From Octopus vulgaris (Eukaryota), in assembly GCA_951406725.2 (NCBI GenBank), contig OX597831.1:54436001-54500000 (forward strand): 64,000 nucleotides of DNA, given 5' to 3'. The translations under genes and the position numbers were made by a program. Under the pieces are notes generated by a model. The model had not been told where the DNA came from. It saw nothing but the letters and a program-made list of their open reading frames with translations, and did no database searches. Below, in pieces: positions 1-10,560 of this stretch (its first letter is position 1; every line of letters starts with the position of its first letter).

Positions 1-174
1 ACAGTGGCCCTATTATGGATTTTTTTCAACAATCTGAGTATGCCATGAGATTTCCAGATGTGAGTTGTACTCACGTATCAAATTTTATCAAAATCGATGA
101 AACGATGTAGACGGAGTTAGCTAACAACTCCACAAACACACCCACAGACAGAATTTTCCACATATGTAGTAGAT
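1..174 (+). mobile_element. 3' end of a non-autonomous Helitron/Helentron-like (HINE/DINE-1-type) element, cut by the window edge
   Basis: CAAATTTTATCAAAATCGATG...GGAGTTAG, then an ACAC/ACAGACAG microsatellite and terminal ...ATGTAGTAGAT; this layout is recalled from HINE/Lep1-type ends. Confidence 0.5.
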
Positions 175-199
175 ATACATACATATATATATATATATA

Positions 200-650
200 T
201 CATCATCATCATCATCATTGTCGTTTAATGTCTGCTTTCCATGCTAGCATGGGTTGGACGGTTTGACTGTGGGTGGGTGAACCAGATGGCTGCACCAGGC
301 TCCAGTCTTGATCTGGCAGAGTTTCTACAGCTGGATGCCCTTCCTAATGCCAACCACTCCAAGAGTGTAGTGGGTGCTTTTACGTGCCACCGGCATGGGG
401 GCCAGTCAGGCGGTACTGGCGACGACCTCGCTCGAATTTTTTACACATGCCAACGGTACAGATGCCAGTAAGGCGATGCTGGTAACGATCCCGCTTGAAT
501 GGTGCCTCCTACATGCCACTGGCATGGAAGCCAGTTAGCCGCTCTGGCAACGATCACCGTCAGATGGTGCTCTTAGCACCCTACCAGCATGGGGCACAAG
601 TGCCAGAAATGCGAGGCTGGCAACGATCACGTTCATATGGTGCTTGTGCC
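200..650 (-). mobile_element. RTE LINE 3' UTR fragment with (GAT)n tail and internal degenerate tandem units
   Basis: (CAT)n then TTTAATGTCTGCTTTCCATGCTAGCATGGGTTGG...CTGGATGCCCTTCCTAATGCCAACCACT. The same module recurs at ~3500-3787, 8562-8729, 19318-19500, 24311-24830, 25768-26260, 31253-31625, 40700-40785 and 59985-60425. Confidence 0.8.
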
Positions 651-675
651 CATCATCAAATTTCACTTTGATTTT

Positions 676-688
676 ATATATATGTATA

Positions 689-754
<66 letters not shown>

Positions 755-773
755 TTATATATATACACATTTA
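676..773. repeat. (TA)n microsatellite
   Basis: Direct inspection; source of the YIYIYI ORFs. Confidence 0.95.
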
Positions 774-777
774 TGTA

Positions 778-932
778 TATGACAGGCTTCTTTTGGCTTC
801 CATCTACCAAATCCACTCACAAGGCTTTGGTGAGACTGGGCCAAAGGAGGAGATACTTGTCCATGGTGCCACACAGTTGGATAGAACCTAGAACCATATG
901 GTTGGGAAGCAAACTTTTTACCACAGAGCCAT
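778..932 (-). mobile_element. SINE-A head (tRNA-derived plus CORE-like), partial
   Basis: Reverse complement of GGCTGTGTGGTAAGAAG..GGTTC..GGCAAGTGTCTT..GCCTTGTGAGTGGATTTGGTAGA; another degenerate head at ~1849-2005 (+). Confidence 0.8.
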
Positions 933-1380
933 TTTTGAATCAATGAATATGTTTTTTTTGCCTCATAATACATTGCATAGTAGGAGCAATGTTGAAGACT
1001 TTGTCTTCATGTTACATATATAAAGCAAGACAGCTTAGGAGAACTAAAATCTTTCTGTGCTATAATAACCTTAGGAAAAGTTGTACTCAGCCCTGCAAGC
1101 TCATAAAACACTTTGCCAGTCAATTTTACAATGCTGCTGCTACCTGCAACAGTGAGGCATGCTTACTATGCTGTACTTCATTTATAGCAAAATGGGTGTG
1201 ACTGCTTGAAAGTTAAGTGTCTTAACTATATAAGCAATTCTGCTGACCACTTGACCAGTTTTCCAATGGTAACCACTAACATAGTCATTTGTATTCCCTT
1301 AATAAATGACATAAACTTTTAGAAAAAAAATAATTCTGTCTATTGTATTAAATTGCTGTAATATTATGTATGTGTGGGTA

Positions 1381-1602
1381 AGGCAGTGGGTTGTCAGAAT
1401 TGTTAGCATGCTGGGTGAAATGCTTAGTGGTATTTCATCTGTCTTTACATTCTGAGTTCAAATTCCAATGAGGTCGACTTTGCCTTTCATTGTTTTGGGA
1501 TCGATAAATTTAGTACCAGTTGCATACTGGGTGGATCTAATCAACTGGCCCCTCCCCACCCCCCAAAAATTTCAGGCCTTGTGCCTACAGTAGAAAGGAT
1601 TA
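1381..1602 (+). mobile_element. SINE-D (tRNA-like head, body GCCTTTCATCCTTTCGGGGTCGATAAATTAAGTACCAG), tail type 1
   Basis: B-box-like GAGTTCAAATTCC; homologous copies at 4167-4404, 11597-11788, 24423-24654, 27045-27960 and 61297-61490. Confidence 0.8.
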
Positions 1603-2030
1603 GGTATGTGTGGGTTTAAGTTATTTTGCTCATATAGTAGATTTTCAAACATAGGCTTCTTTGAGTCTTAGGAACAGCATATCTTGCTGCTTGCTGTAAT
1701 TAAATTTAGATAGAAAATAATAGATAAAAGTCCCCACCCATTACAGAATAATTCACTCCTGTGTCTGTATCTTAGCCCATCAAAAGACTATCTCAAGAAA
1801 CTGAGAATATATAATTTTGCTATTGAGAGTTGTAAAAATAGATGAAGACATGGCCGTGAAGTTAAGAAGTTTGCCTTGCAACTATGTAATTTCAGGTTCA
1901 GTCCTACTGCTTGGTACCTTTGGACAAGTGTTTTCTAATACAGCCCTGAACTGACTAATGCTTTGTGAGTAAATTTGATGGACAGAAACTGTGTGGAATC
2001 CAGTTGTGTGTGTATGTATATAATTGATGA

Positions 2031-2341
2031 GTGGTGGCGCAATGGCCCAGTGGTTAGGGCAGCAGACTCACGGCCATAGGATCACTGTTTTGATTCCTAG
2101 ACCGGGTGTTGTGAGTGTTTATTGGGTGAAAACACCTAAAGCTCCACAAGGTTCTGGCAGGGGGTGGTGGCGATCCCTGCTGTACTCTTTTGCCATAACT
2201 TTCTCTCACTCTTTCTTCTGTTGGCCTTCTCGCTTAGCCAGCAGGGTGGTATCATTTGAAGGCTAAAACAATGCAAAGCACATTGTGACCAGTGATGTGT
2301 AGCAGCATCTGATAACCTGGTCGGTCACGGTGTCCACGGTG
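2031..2341 (+). mobile_element. SINE-B, full-length tRNA-derived SINE with 13-bp TSD
   Basis: A box TGGCCCAGTGG, B-box-like GTTTTGATTCC; TSD ATATAATTGATGA at 2018-2030 and 2342-2354; homologues at 20275-20544 and 51171-51292. Confidence 0.88.
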
Positions 2342-2804
2342 ATATAATTGATGAAGGAAACGGAAGATGGATTTAATATGAATATTTATTCGGCACAACA
2401 ATTGTTTCAACCCATGCTGCATCTGTCCCTTAGGGGTTGGACATTGTGCATCTAGTTGTGTTGCATCAATCAGTGCAGGCTGTGCCACATCAGGTGCGTG
2501 GAGTTCCTACTTGTTGTATATGCGTACACTGAGAGAGTTGCACCCCAAAATTAATCTACCCTCCGTCAGTGTACCAACGTACAACAAGTGAAAACAACAT
2601 GTCAAGGGGAACTCAGTACATCTAGTGGGATATCTTCTTTTTACACCAAGTACCTGAAGTGACCCGGCCTTCACTGATTGATGCAACACAACTGGATGCA
2701 CAATATCATATCCCTAAGGGACAGCTGCAGGAGGAGTCAAAACAATCGTTGTGCTGAATAATGATTCATACTAAATCCATCTTCCAATTACTTCATCAAT
2801 TATA
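2342..2804. mobile_element. Fold-back element with ~150-bp inverted arms, probably an inverted Penelope-type pseudo-LTR pair
   Basis: 2343-2497 is the reverse complement of 2650-2804 with scattered mismatches (TATAATTGATGAAG / CTTCATCAATTATA); each arm has a hammerhead-like layout. Confidence 0.7.
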
Positions 2805-2964
2805 AACTCAACAAACACTGTGGATTTGCTGATGTAGATCCAATGAAAATTAGATCATAACTGTTGATGACATCAGGCAGCCCAAACAGTGAATGTACTT
2901 TAATTGACATACTAACAGTCATATAACCGAAGTCCAAATTGTTACATATATATATATATATTTA

Positions 2965-3190
2965 TCATTTACTTATTTCACATGTTAGTCTGTGACCATG
3001 CTGGAGTACCACCTTGAAGAGCTAAGTTGAACAAATCAACTGACTCTCTCTCTCTCTCTTCTTAGCCTAGCACTTATGGTACTTATTCTATGGATCTCTT
3101 TTTACTGAACCACTTAGCTACGCAGTTATAAATGAACCAATACCAGTTGTCAAGTGGTTGTGGCAGTCAAACACAAAGACGTACACACAC
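2965..3190 (-). mobile_element. SINE-A 3' half, degenerate
   Basis: GTGACCATGCTGGAGTACCACC...GTACTTATTCTAT...CCAGTTGTCAAG matches the reverse complement of 44840-45040. Confidence 0.7.
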
Positions 3191-3221
3191 ACATATATTT
3201 AGGTATGTGTGCGTACATATA

Positions 3222-3354
3222 TATATATATATATAAATTAGAAAAAAAACACCTTTTATCAATTCAAAATGGAAAATTAAATTACAGATGGTGTAATTTA
3301 ATTTTTCATTTTGAATTGATAAAAGGTGTTTTTTTTCTAATTTATATATATATA
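3222..3354. repeat. Near-perfect palindrome with ~60-bp arms and 5-nt loop GATGG
   Basis: AAATTAGAAAAAAAACACCTTTTATCAATTCAAAATGGAAAATTAAATTACA pairs with TGTAATTTAATTTTTCATTTTGAATTGATAAAAGGTGTTTTTTTTCTAATTT with one G.T; extended by (TA)n on both sides. Confidence 0.92.
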
Positions 3355-3429
3355 TTATATTTTGTGAAATTTGATTTAGTATTTCTAAATTGAATTTTTC
3401 CCTGTAAGTTAGGAATAATATTCCCTCAA

Positions 3430-3496
<67 letters not shown>

Positions 3497-3789
3497 CATT
3501 CATCATCATCATCGTTTAATGTCCGCTTTCCATGCTAGCATGGGTTGACTGATTTGACTGAGGACTGGTGAACCAGATGGCTGCACCAGGCTCTAATCTG
3601 ATCTGGCATAGTTTCAACAGCTGGATGCCCTTCCTAACACCAACCACTTCGAGAGTGTAGTGGGTGCTTTTATGTACCACCAGCATGAAGGCCAGTCAGG
3701 CAGTACTGGCAATGGCCACACTCAAATGGTATTTTTTACATTCCACCTGCACAGGAGCCAGTCCAGCGGCACTGGCAACGACCTCTCAC

Positions 3790-4030
3790 ATAAAGCCAAC
3801 AGTACCTCATTATCTAGTATAATCTGGGAACTTAGGGATAGCAATAGTAATTTAGCCTTAAATGGGATATAGTATGTAGAGTTTAGCTATACAAGGAAAG
3901 CCTATATGGATGCAAACTATGTTGTATGGAAATTTATTAAAAAGAATAGAGATGAGCAAAATCTAATCAATAATAGAATAGACCTTAGAGTATCTTGTGT
4001 ACATAGGATTACTTGTACCTTCAAATATTT
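3790..4030 (+). pseudogene. Penelope-like element, C-terminal end of the GIY-YIG region, frameshifted relic
   Basis: Translates across frameshifts to KANSTSLSSIIWELRDSNSN-FSLKWDIVCR..YKESLYGCKLCCME..NLINNRIDLRVSCVHR, matching the recalled PLE pattern NSTxLSxxIWxLK..IKWxI..CxLCxxE..LNxRxE..CxH. Confidence 0.7.
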
Positions 4031-4166
4031 TAGAATAGATGGCAGATGGCAGAAATTATCTGAGGTGTCACATTATTTATAACATGCCTTCTATTGTATA
4101 AACATATATGTAATAATGTTCTCTTATAAACCCTACCTTTTTTAATCTGCATCCTCCTATATTTAT

Positions 4167-4404
4167 ATTTCTTTCTTTATTGCCCACAGGGGACTAAACA
4201 TAGAGGGGATGAAGAAGGACAGACAAAGGGATTAAGCCAATTACATCGACCCCAGTGCATAACTGGTACTTATTTAATCGAACCTGAAAGGATGAAAGGC
4301 AAAGTTGACCTCGGTGGAATTTGAAATCAGAATGAAATACCGGCAGATGAAATAACACTAAGCATTTCGCCTGGCATGCTAATGTTTCTGCCAGCTCGCT
4401 GCCT
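4167..4404 (-). mobile_element. SINE-D, full length, tail type 2
   Basis: Near-identical to 24423-24654 and 61297-61490; flanked by imperfect TSD CTATATTTATATT / CTATACTTATATT. Confidence 0.85.
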
Positions 4405-5032
4405 TTGCTATACTTATATTACATTAATTCCCCTTCAGTTCTAGGATTTTTTCCCTATTAGTTATAATATTTATATTAGCATTGGATTACCAGATCTTAT
4501 ACCTCCTTTAAGTGAACTGTTATTATTCTACACATATCTGTGTCTATAATAATATATTTTACAAACATTTAATAAAATCATTTCCAATGGAATCTTTATC
4601 TTATTATCATATTCTATTTATCTTTTAATTAGCTTTTGTTACACATACCTTGACTTATTCTTATTTTTTTATTTTTTATCTCTTTTTATATCCGTTATAC
4701 ATTTCATGGCATTCGCAATGTAAAATTCTTTATCTTTATTTTAATGTTTTCATTTTATAAATACTTTATTGGAATTGTATACAAAAATTTTTGGTCTTTT
4801 ATTTATCTTTATTTTATTTATTCTTTTTTTAAAATTTTATCTTACATTATATTATTGTATTCTTTATATATCTATATACCCTCATACATACTGGTGTAAT
4901 TTCTGATTCTCGAGGGGTTTAAAACTTCTCTTCATAAAATTCATGGTATAATGTAATACAATATGGTATTTATATTTATATTTATAATTCCACAAAATAT
5001 TTAATATATTCTATAAAATTTCTTTTATATAT

Positions 5033-5410
5033 TCTTTTATTTGTTTCAGTCATTTGACTGTGGCCATGCTAGCGTACCACTTTTAGTCAAACAAATCGAT
5101 CCCAGGACTTATTCTTTGTAAGCGTAGTACTTATTCTATCAGTCTCTTTTACCTAACTGCTAAGTTATGGGGATGTGAACACACCAGCATCGGTTGTCAA
5201 GCAATGATGGGAGGACAAACACACACACACACACACACATATATATACAACATACTTCTTTCAGTTTTTGTCTACCAAATCTATTCACAAGGCTTTGGTT
5301 GGCCTGAGACTGTTGTAGAAGACAGTTGCCCAAGGTGACACACACTGGGACTGAACCCCAAACTATGTGGTTAGTAAGCAAGCTACATACCACACAACCA
5401 CTACTGCACC
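5033..5410 (-). mobile_element. SINE-A, full length (tRNA/CORE head, central microsatellite, CR1-type tail)
   Basis: Collinear with 9378-9766, 42330-42695, 44660-45040, 47143-47516 and 57908-58262. Confidence 0.88.
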
Positions 5411-6458
5411 TATATATATAATTCATTATAAACTGTGTACTTCTACTCTGATGATATCTTAATTTAATTATAGGTTTACTGTTGAATAGTTTTAGCATGA
5501 CCACCTTAGCAATATGCTTGGAAAAGGCCTTATGAGCTTTCTCTTATATATTAAAGTACTCCAATTTTAGGGTTTAGGTTGATTTATCTGTCCTTTCTCT
5601 TACATGGTTCTAAAATCCTTTTCTAAATTTTTAATGTATAAATTTTGTAAAGTTAGGATACACCTTGTTCCACTAACTTTTAATTCCCACACTTAAAACT
5701 CATTTTGACCTCTTTTGTTTTCCAATTTATGTCCCTTTTATTTGATAATCATAATATGTGTAGCCACCCCTATCCTTCCTTTTTCTGGTTATCACCTCTT
5801 ATCTACCTGTCATTATCTTACTAGCAACTCTGAGATATATCCTTTTATGTAGATAAGGGCTAGATATATGGTCCCAGTAATATAGTGGCTGGGGGGAGAG
5901 GAGTTTCTGACATTAATTAATTTACCACCACCAACAAGAACTTAACTGTCAATTCCCAATGGATTTAATTCTAAGGCATTGTAGACAACATGCTGTATTA
6001 ATTTTTTCGAATGTGATAAAGATAAATATAAATGTAGCTATATCACCATTCATCTTTCTTGACCCCCATTATTTTCCTCTGCCACTCTATGTTATAGTAG
6101 GCTTTAGGTACACATTTTTTCCCCTAAATTCATTCTGTCACAAAAACAGCAAAGGGAAACAAAGTAATTATTTTAGTCTCTTTTACTGATGAAGATTTGC
6201 TAAAAAAAAAAATGGTTTATCCTTTATGTTGGAAATCTATATGGTCATCTGTATGTAAGGAGAGCAGTTTATATATTGGAGCAATCTCAAGTATAATCAG
6301 CTGAAATTGTGAAGATAATCTGGTACTTGACTGAGGAAAGAAAACTTTGAATGAACCATCCTTGTTTTCTTTGTATCGTCTAGTCTATCTGGATGTTTTG
6401 TTGTCCCATTATTGTATCACCTAACTGTCTGGATGTTTTGCGTTCTTGTCCCATTTTG

Positions 6459-6509
<51 letters not shown>

Positions 6510-6526
6510 TACATATGTATATATAA

Positions 6527-6908
6527 CAGGCTTCTATCAGTTTCTCTCTACCAAATTCACTCACAAGGATTTGGTTGGCCTAGGGCTATAGTAGAAGACA
6601 CTTGCCCAAGGTACCATATAATAGGACTGAACCTGGAACTATGTAGTTGGGAAGTAAACCACACAGTCAATCCAATGCATATATCTTGTGTGTGTGTCTT
6701 ATGTTTGTGTTTGTCCCCCCACCCCACCACCACTACTCCACAATTTGTGTTGGTTTGTTTACATTCCTGTAACTTACTAGTTCAGCAAAAGAGACTGATA
6801 GAATAAGTGACTTTAAGAATTGGAGTTAATTTGTTCAACAGAACCATTTGAAGTGGTGCCCCAGCATGGCTGCAATCCAATGACTGAAAACAAGGAACAG
6901 ATAAAAGA
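6527..6908. mobile_element. SINE-A pieces in opposite orientations (head on -, tail on +)
   Basis: 6527-6666 is the reverse-strand head; 6688-6908 is the forward tail ending GGTGCCCCAGCATGGCTGCAATCCAATGACTGAAAACAAG. Confidence 0.7.
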
Positions 6909-7215
6909 TATGCTTCCAGGTTTAATCCTGTGTGATACCTTGAGCAAGAATCTTCCATATCCTTAAACTTCAATGTGTTCATGTTTTTGTACTGCCCCAC
7001 CCCATTCCCCTCTTTCTGAAACTTTGTTTTTACAATTTCTTTTCAGATTTCCAGTCCTTAAACATTATAGATTACAATTCTGCTAAAGCAAAATTTTCAC
7101 AGGTTTACACATCTTGGTGAATTTCATTTCCATAATCTCTGATATTTTAAACAGGAATAGCAGTTTTCTGCAAATTAGACATTTTCAGTACTATTCTACA
7201 AGAATATCTATACCC

Positions 7216-8322
7216 ATCATCATCATCATCATTTAACGTCCACTTTCCATGTTGGCATTGGTTAGATGGTTTGACTAAAACTGGTAAGCTGGAGAGCTCC
7301 ACCAGGTCTGATTTGGTGCCATACACAACATATGACCATATCAGCACATTTATCTCTCTTACACACCACATCTGATGCCTTTTATGCTCAGTTTTTCCCT
7401 TGAGATGCTTACACTCTGTCACACATGCACACTGACACTGCACATTCAGTGAAGCATATTAGCTTCATTTGCTTCAAGCCTTTGCCCGTTCTCTGCAGTC
7501 ACAACCCACGTTTCAATGACGTGAAGCATGCCTGTATACTCACAGGCAGTATACAGTCTGCCTTTCATTCTGAGAGATAGGCCCTTTGTTATAAATAGAG
7601 GTAGAATCTCTCTGAACTTTGCCCAGACTGTTCTTATTCTAGCAGCTATGCTCTCAGAGCATCCACCACCACTGCTAACTTGGTCATCTAGATAATGGAA
7701 GCTATCAACTACTTCTAGGTGTTTATCCAGGCATTTGATGGAATCTATTTTCTTTACATTTCTAGTGTTTATTGTACCTATACATCTACCACACACAAAG
7801 ACTATTTTCCCTGTTAACCTTCCTCTGATATTGCTGCACCTCTTATGTGTCCATTGCTTGCACCATGTACATCTTGTGGCGTTTCTACCAACACCTTTTC
7901 TACATATCAAGCAAAGCCATCTACCTGAAGGGTTTTTGACTTGTCTGCTTTCCTACTTACTAAGACTTTGGTTTTTGCTAAATTAATTCTAAGGCCCCTT
8001 GATTCTAGACCTTACTTGCACCCCTGGAATTGCTTCTCTAGTTCTCATAGTGAATCAGCTATAAGAACAAGGTCATCAGCATAGAGGGGCTCCCAGGAGC
8101 AGCCCAACTTAAGTTCTTCTGTCATTGCCTGGAGGGCTGTGATGAACAAGACAGGGCTAAGAACTGATCTTTGGTGAACTTCTACTTGTACCCTGAATTC
8201 ATTGCTATACTTATTACCAACTCTCACCTTACAGACAGCATCCCTGTACATGGCTGGTACAGCTCTCACCAACCATTCATCTATCCCTAGTTTCCACATT
8301 GACCATCAGATAAGGGAGCGGA
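7216..8322 (-). mobile_element. RTE-clade LINE fragment: RT C-terminal half, Cys/His finger insert and (GAT)n tail; stops and frameshifts
   Basis: ORF 8045-8299 has VHQRSVLSPVLF and LYADDLVL; ORF 7446-7910 has CRKGVGRN..CTWCKQWTHKRCS..FVCGRC, LEVVDSFHYL, ARIRTVWAKFREILP and ETW; (CAT)n tail module in the same orientation at 7216-7320. Confidence 0.9.
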
Positions 8323-8336
8323 TATATATATATATA

Positions 8337-8530
8337 AGAGGGGGTTGCTGAAAAGTTCCTGGCTTTGGGTAAAAGAAAATACAGGAGGATCAGTTAATTA
8401 TGATTTCATTTAACATATTCCTCTCTCAGCTTCACACATTTATTGCAGTGTTTCTTCAATTTTTTTAGGCCCTGTAAAAGAACTTGGAAGGTTGGGCCTC
8501 CAACCAGGCCTTTTGTGACACCCTTAAAGC
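8337..8530 (-). mobile_element. mariner 3' end relic (TIR plus transposase C-terminus)
   Basis: Minus strand reads approximately QGLKKLKKHCNKCVKLREEYVK*, like the mariner GIxKLxxRWxKCVxxxGxYVE end; TIR-like GAGGGGGTTGCTGAAAAGTTCCTGGC next to a (TA)n run. Confidence 0.7.
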
Positions 8531-9377
8531 CACTATATATATATATAAATATATATATATATACACTCACGGAGTGGTTGGCGTTAGGAAGGGCATCCAG
8601 CTGTAGAAACTTTGCCAGATAAGACCGGAGCCTGGTGCAGCCTTCTGGCTTCCCAGATCCCCGGTCGAACTGTCCAACCCATGCTAGAATGGAGAACGGA
8701 CGTTAAACGATGATGATGATGATGATGATATACACACCACCCCACACACATATATGTATACATATATGTGTATGCATGTGTGTGTGTGTGTGTGTGCGCG
8801 CGTGAGTGTGTGTGTGTTCCTGTTTGTTTTTACTAGTCTAAAAATGGGTTCTGCTTTGGTTATGTTTCTTCATATCCAATAAAATAATGGTTCGACAAAC
8901 AGAGATAAATAAAATAAATCCTGAGGTCGAAATGATTAATGAATGTTTTGAAGCAGTTGCCCCGCACACCCAGAGTTTAATGAATGTAATTACTGAAACG
9001 GATATATTGATTTCTTATATAGAAATAAAACACCAAATTCATATAGGAGATAAGAAAGAATTGCATGATGTTTGTGTTTGTGTTTTTCTCAAGGGTATTT
9101 ACAATGCAAACAAAGTGAGAAAATGACAACTAGATACAGAAATTAGGTCAAGAACTGAACTTGGCTGCAACTTACCATTTCTCAATAGCACCAGTTATAG
9201 AAATAAGGGCAACATGTAGGAGATGATGTTCTACTATTGAGCTCACAGTGGACTGGAAATTATAGTGTACAACACCCATTTATTCATAACATCAGCCTCA
9301 CAGACCTTAACATGACCTTTGCTCCTAAAACCTGTTTCCATCACTGGATAACATTTTATGAATTAACATATACTCTG

Positions 9378-9766
9378 TTACTCTTTTACTTGTTTCAGTC
9401 ATTTGACTGTGGCCATGCTGGAGCACCACCTTTAGTTGAGCAAATCGACCCCAGGACTTATTCTTTGTAAGCCTAGTACTTATTCTATCGGTCTCTTTTG
9501 CCGAACTGCTAAGTTACGGTGACGTAAACACACAAGCATCAGTTGTCAAGCGATGTTGGGGGGACAAACACACACATACACATATATATATATATATACA
9601 TACATATATACGATGGGCTTCTTTCAGTTTCCATCTACCAAATCCACTCACAGGGCTTTGGTCGACCCGAGGCTATAGTAGAAGACACTTGCCCAAGGTG
9701 CTACACAGTGGGACTGAACCTGGAACCATGTGGTTCGTAAACAAGCTACTTACCACACAGCCACTC
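9378..9766 (-). mobile_element. SINE-A, full length, relatively young
   Basis: Retains CpGs; collinear with the reverse complement of 44660-45040. Confidence 0.9.
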
Positions 9767-9889
9767 ATATATAATATTTTTTTTTTTTTTGAAAAGAGAC
9801 AAAGTCAATTTATTTTTACAAAAAAGATTTATAATACATTGAAGTAAACTGAGTATATTGCTGGTATATATTCTATCGACCTTCTAGAT

Positions 9890-10493
9890 CTGCAGTTCTC
9901 AACGATCTTTTTGTCTATGGACTCCTTTGATTACTATTTTATTCTGGTGACCCCCACCCACTAACAATTCGATGTTTAAAAAGTAGTTTTATAGATATTT
10001 ATATATTATAGTTTTATAGATAGTGGAGGCGCATAGCTTAGTGGTTAGGGTGTCAGCTCCATGATCGTAAGATTGTGGTTTCAATTCCTGGACCGGGCGA
10101 CGCGTTGTGTTCTTGAGCAAAACACTTCATTTCACGTTGCTCCAGTCCACTCAGCTGGCAAAAATAAGTAACGCTGCGATGGATTGGCGTCCCGTCCAGT
10201 TGGGGAACACATACGCCATAGAAACTGAGAAACCTGGCCCATGAGACTGGCTAAGGATAAAAAAAGTAGTTTTATAGATATTTCTTTCAAAATTACTATT
10301 TTGTTCATCACACATTTGCTTGTGTAGGTTGAGCTATGTAAAATGTTACAGGGAAAAAAGTAGCCGTTTCTTGTTATAAATACATTGAGAGCAAAACTTT
10401 TTCATGGATTCTTAAAATAATACTGTGGACCCAATTTACTATTTTGCCTATGTGGACCCCAGTGGTCATATTGACCCCAGTTGAGAACTACTG
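9890..10493. mobile_element. hAT-superfamily MITE with a nested SINE-C
   Basis: TIRs CTGCAGTTCTCAAC / GTTGAGAACTACTG (12/14 match); 8-bp TSD TTCTAGAT (9882-9889) and TTCTAGAC (10494-10501). Confidence 0.85.
10025..10265 (+). mobile_element. SINE-C: tRNA head, CORE-like segment and V-domain-like segment
   Basis: A box TAGCTTAGTGG, B box GTTTCAATTCC, CTTGAGCAAAACACTT, then CTGCGATGGATTGGCGTCCCGTCCAG (V-SINE-like, from recall); flanking duplication AAAAAGTAGTTTTATAGATATTT at 9978-10000 and 10261-10283. Confidence 0.82.
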
Positions 10494-10560
10494 TTCTAGA
10501 CAATGAAATGCAAAGCCAATCAGATTAAAAGAATGCAAAATGAAAGAGCTTTAAGAATAA

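Noticed and set aside
535-973. Recurrent ORFs with YIYI and LLSVSVYQIHSQGFG peptides (also 6393, 9543, 42515, 44668)
   Set aside because: Translations of SINE-A and microsatellites; the apparent protein family is repeat-derived
2031-2105. tRNA gene (also 10025-10100, 20275-20350, 51171-51245)
   Set aside because: A and B boxes are present but the cloverleaf is degenerate and each continues into a shared SINE body; these are SINE heads
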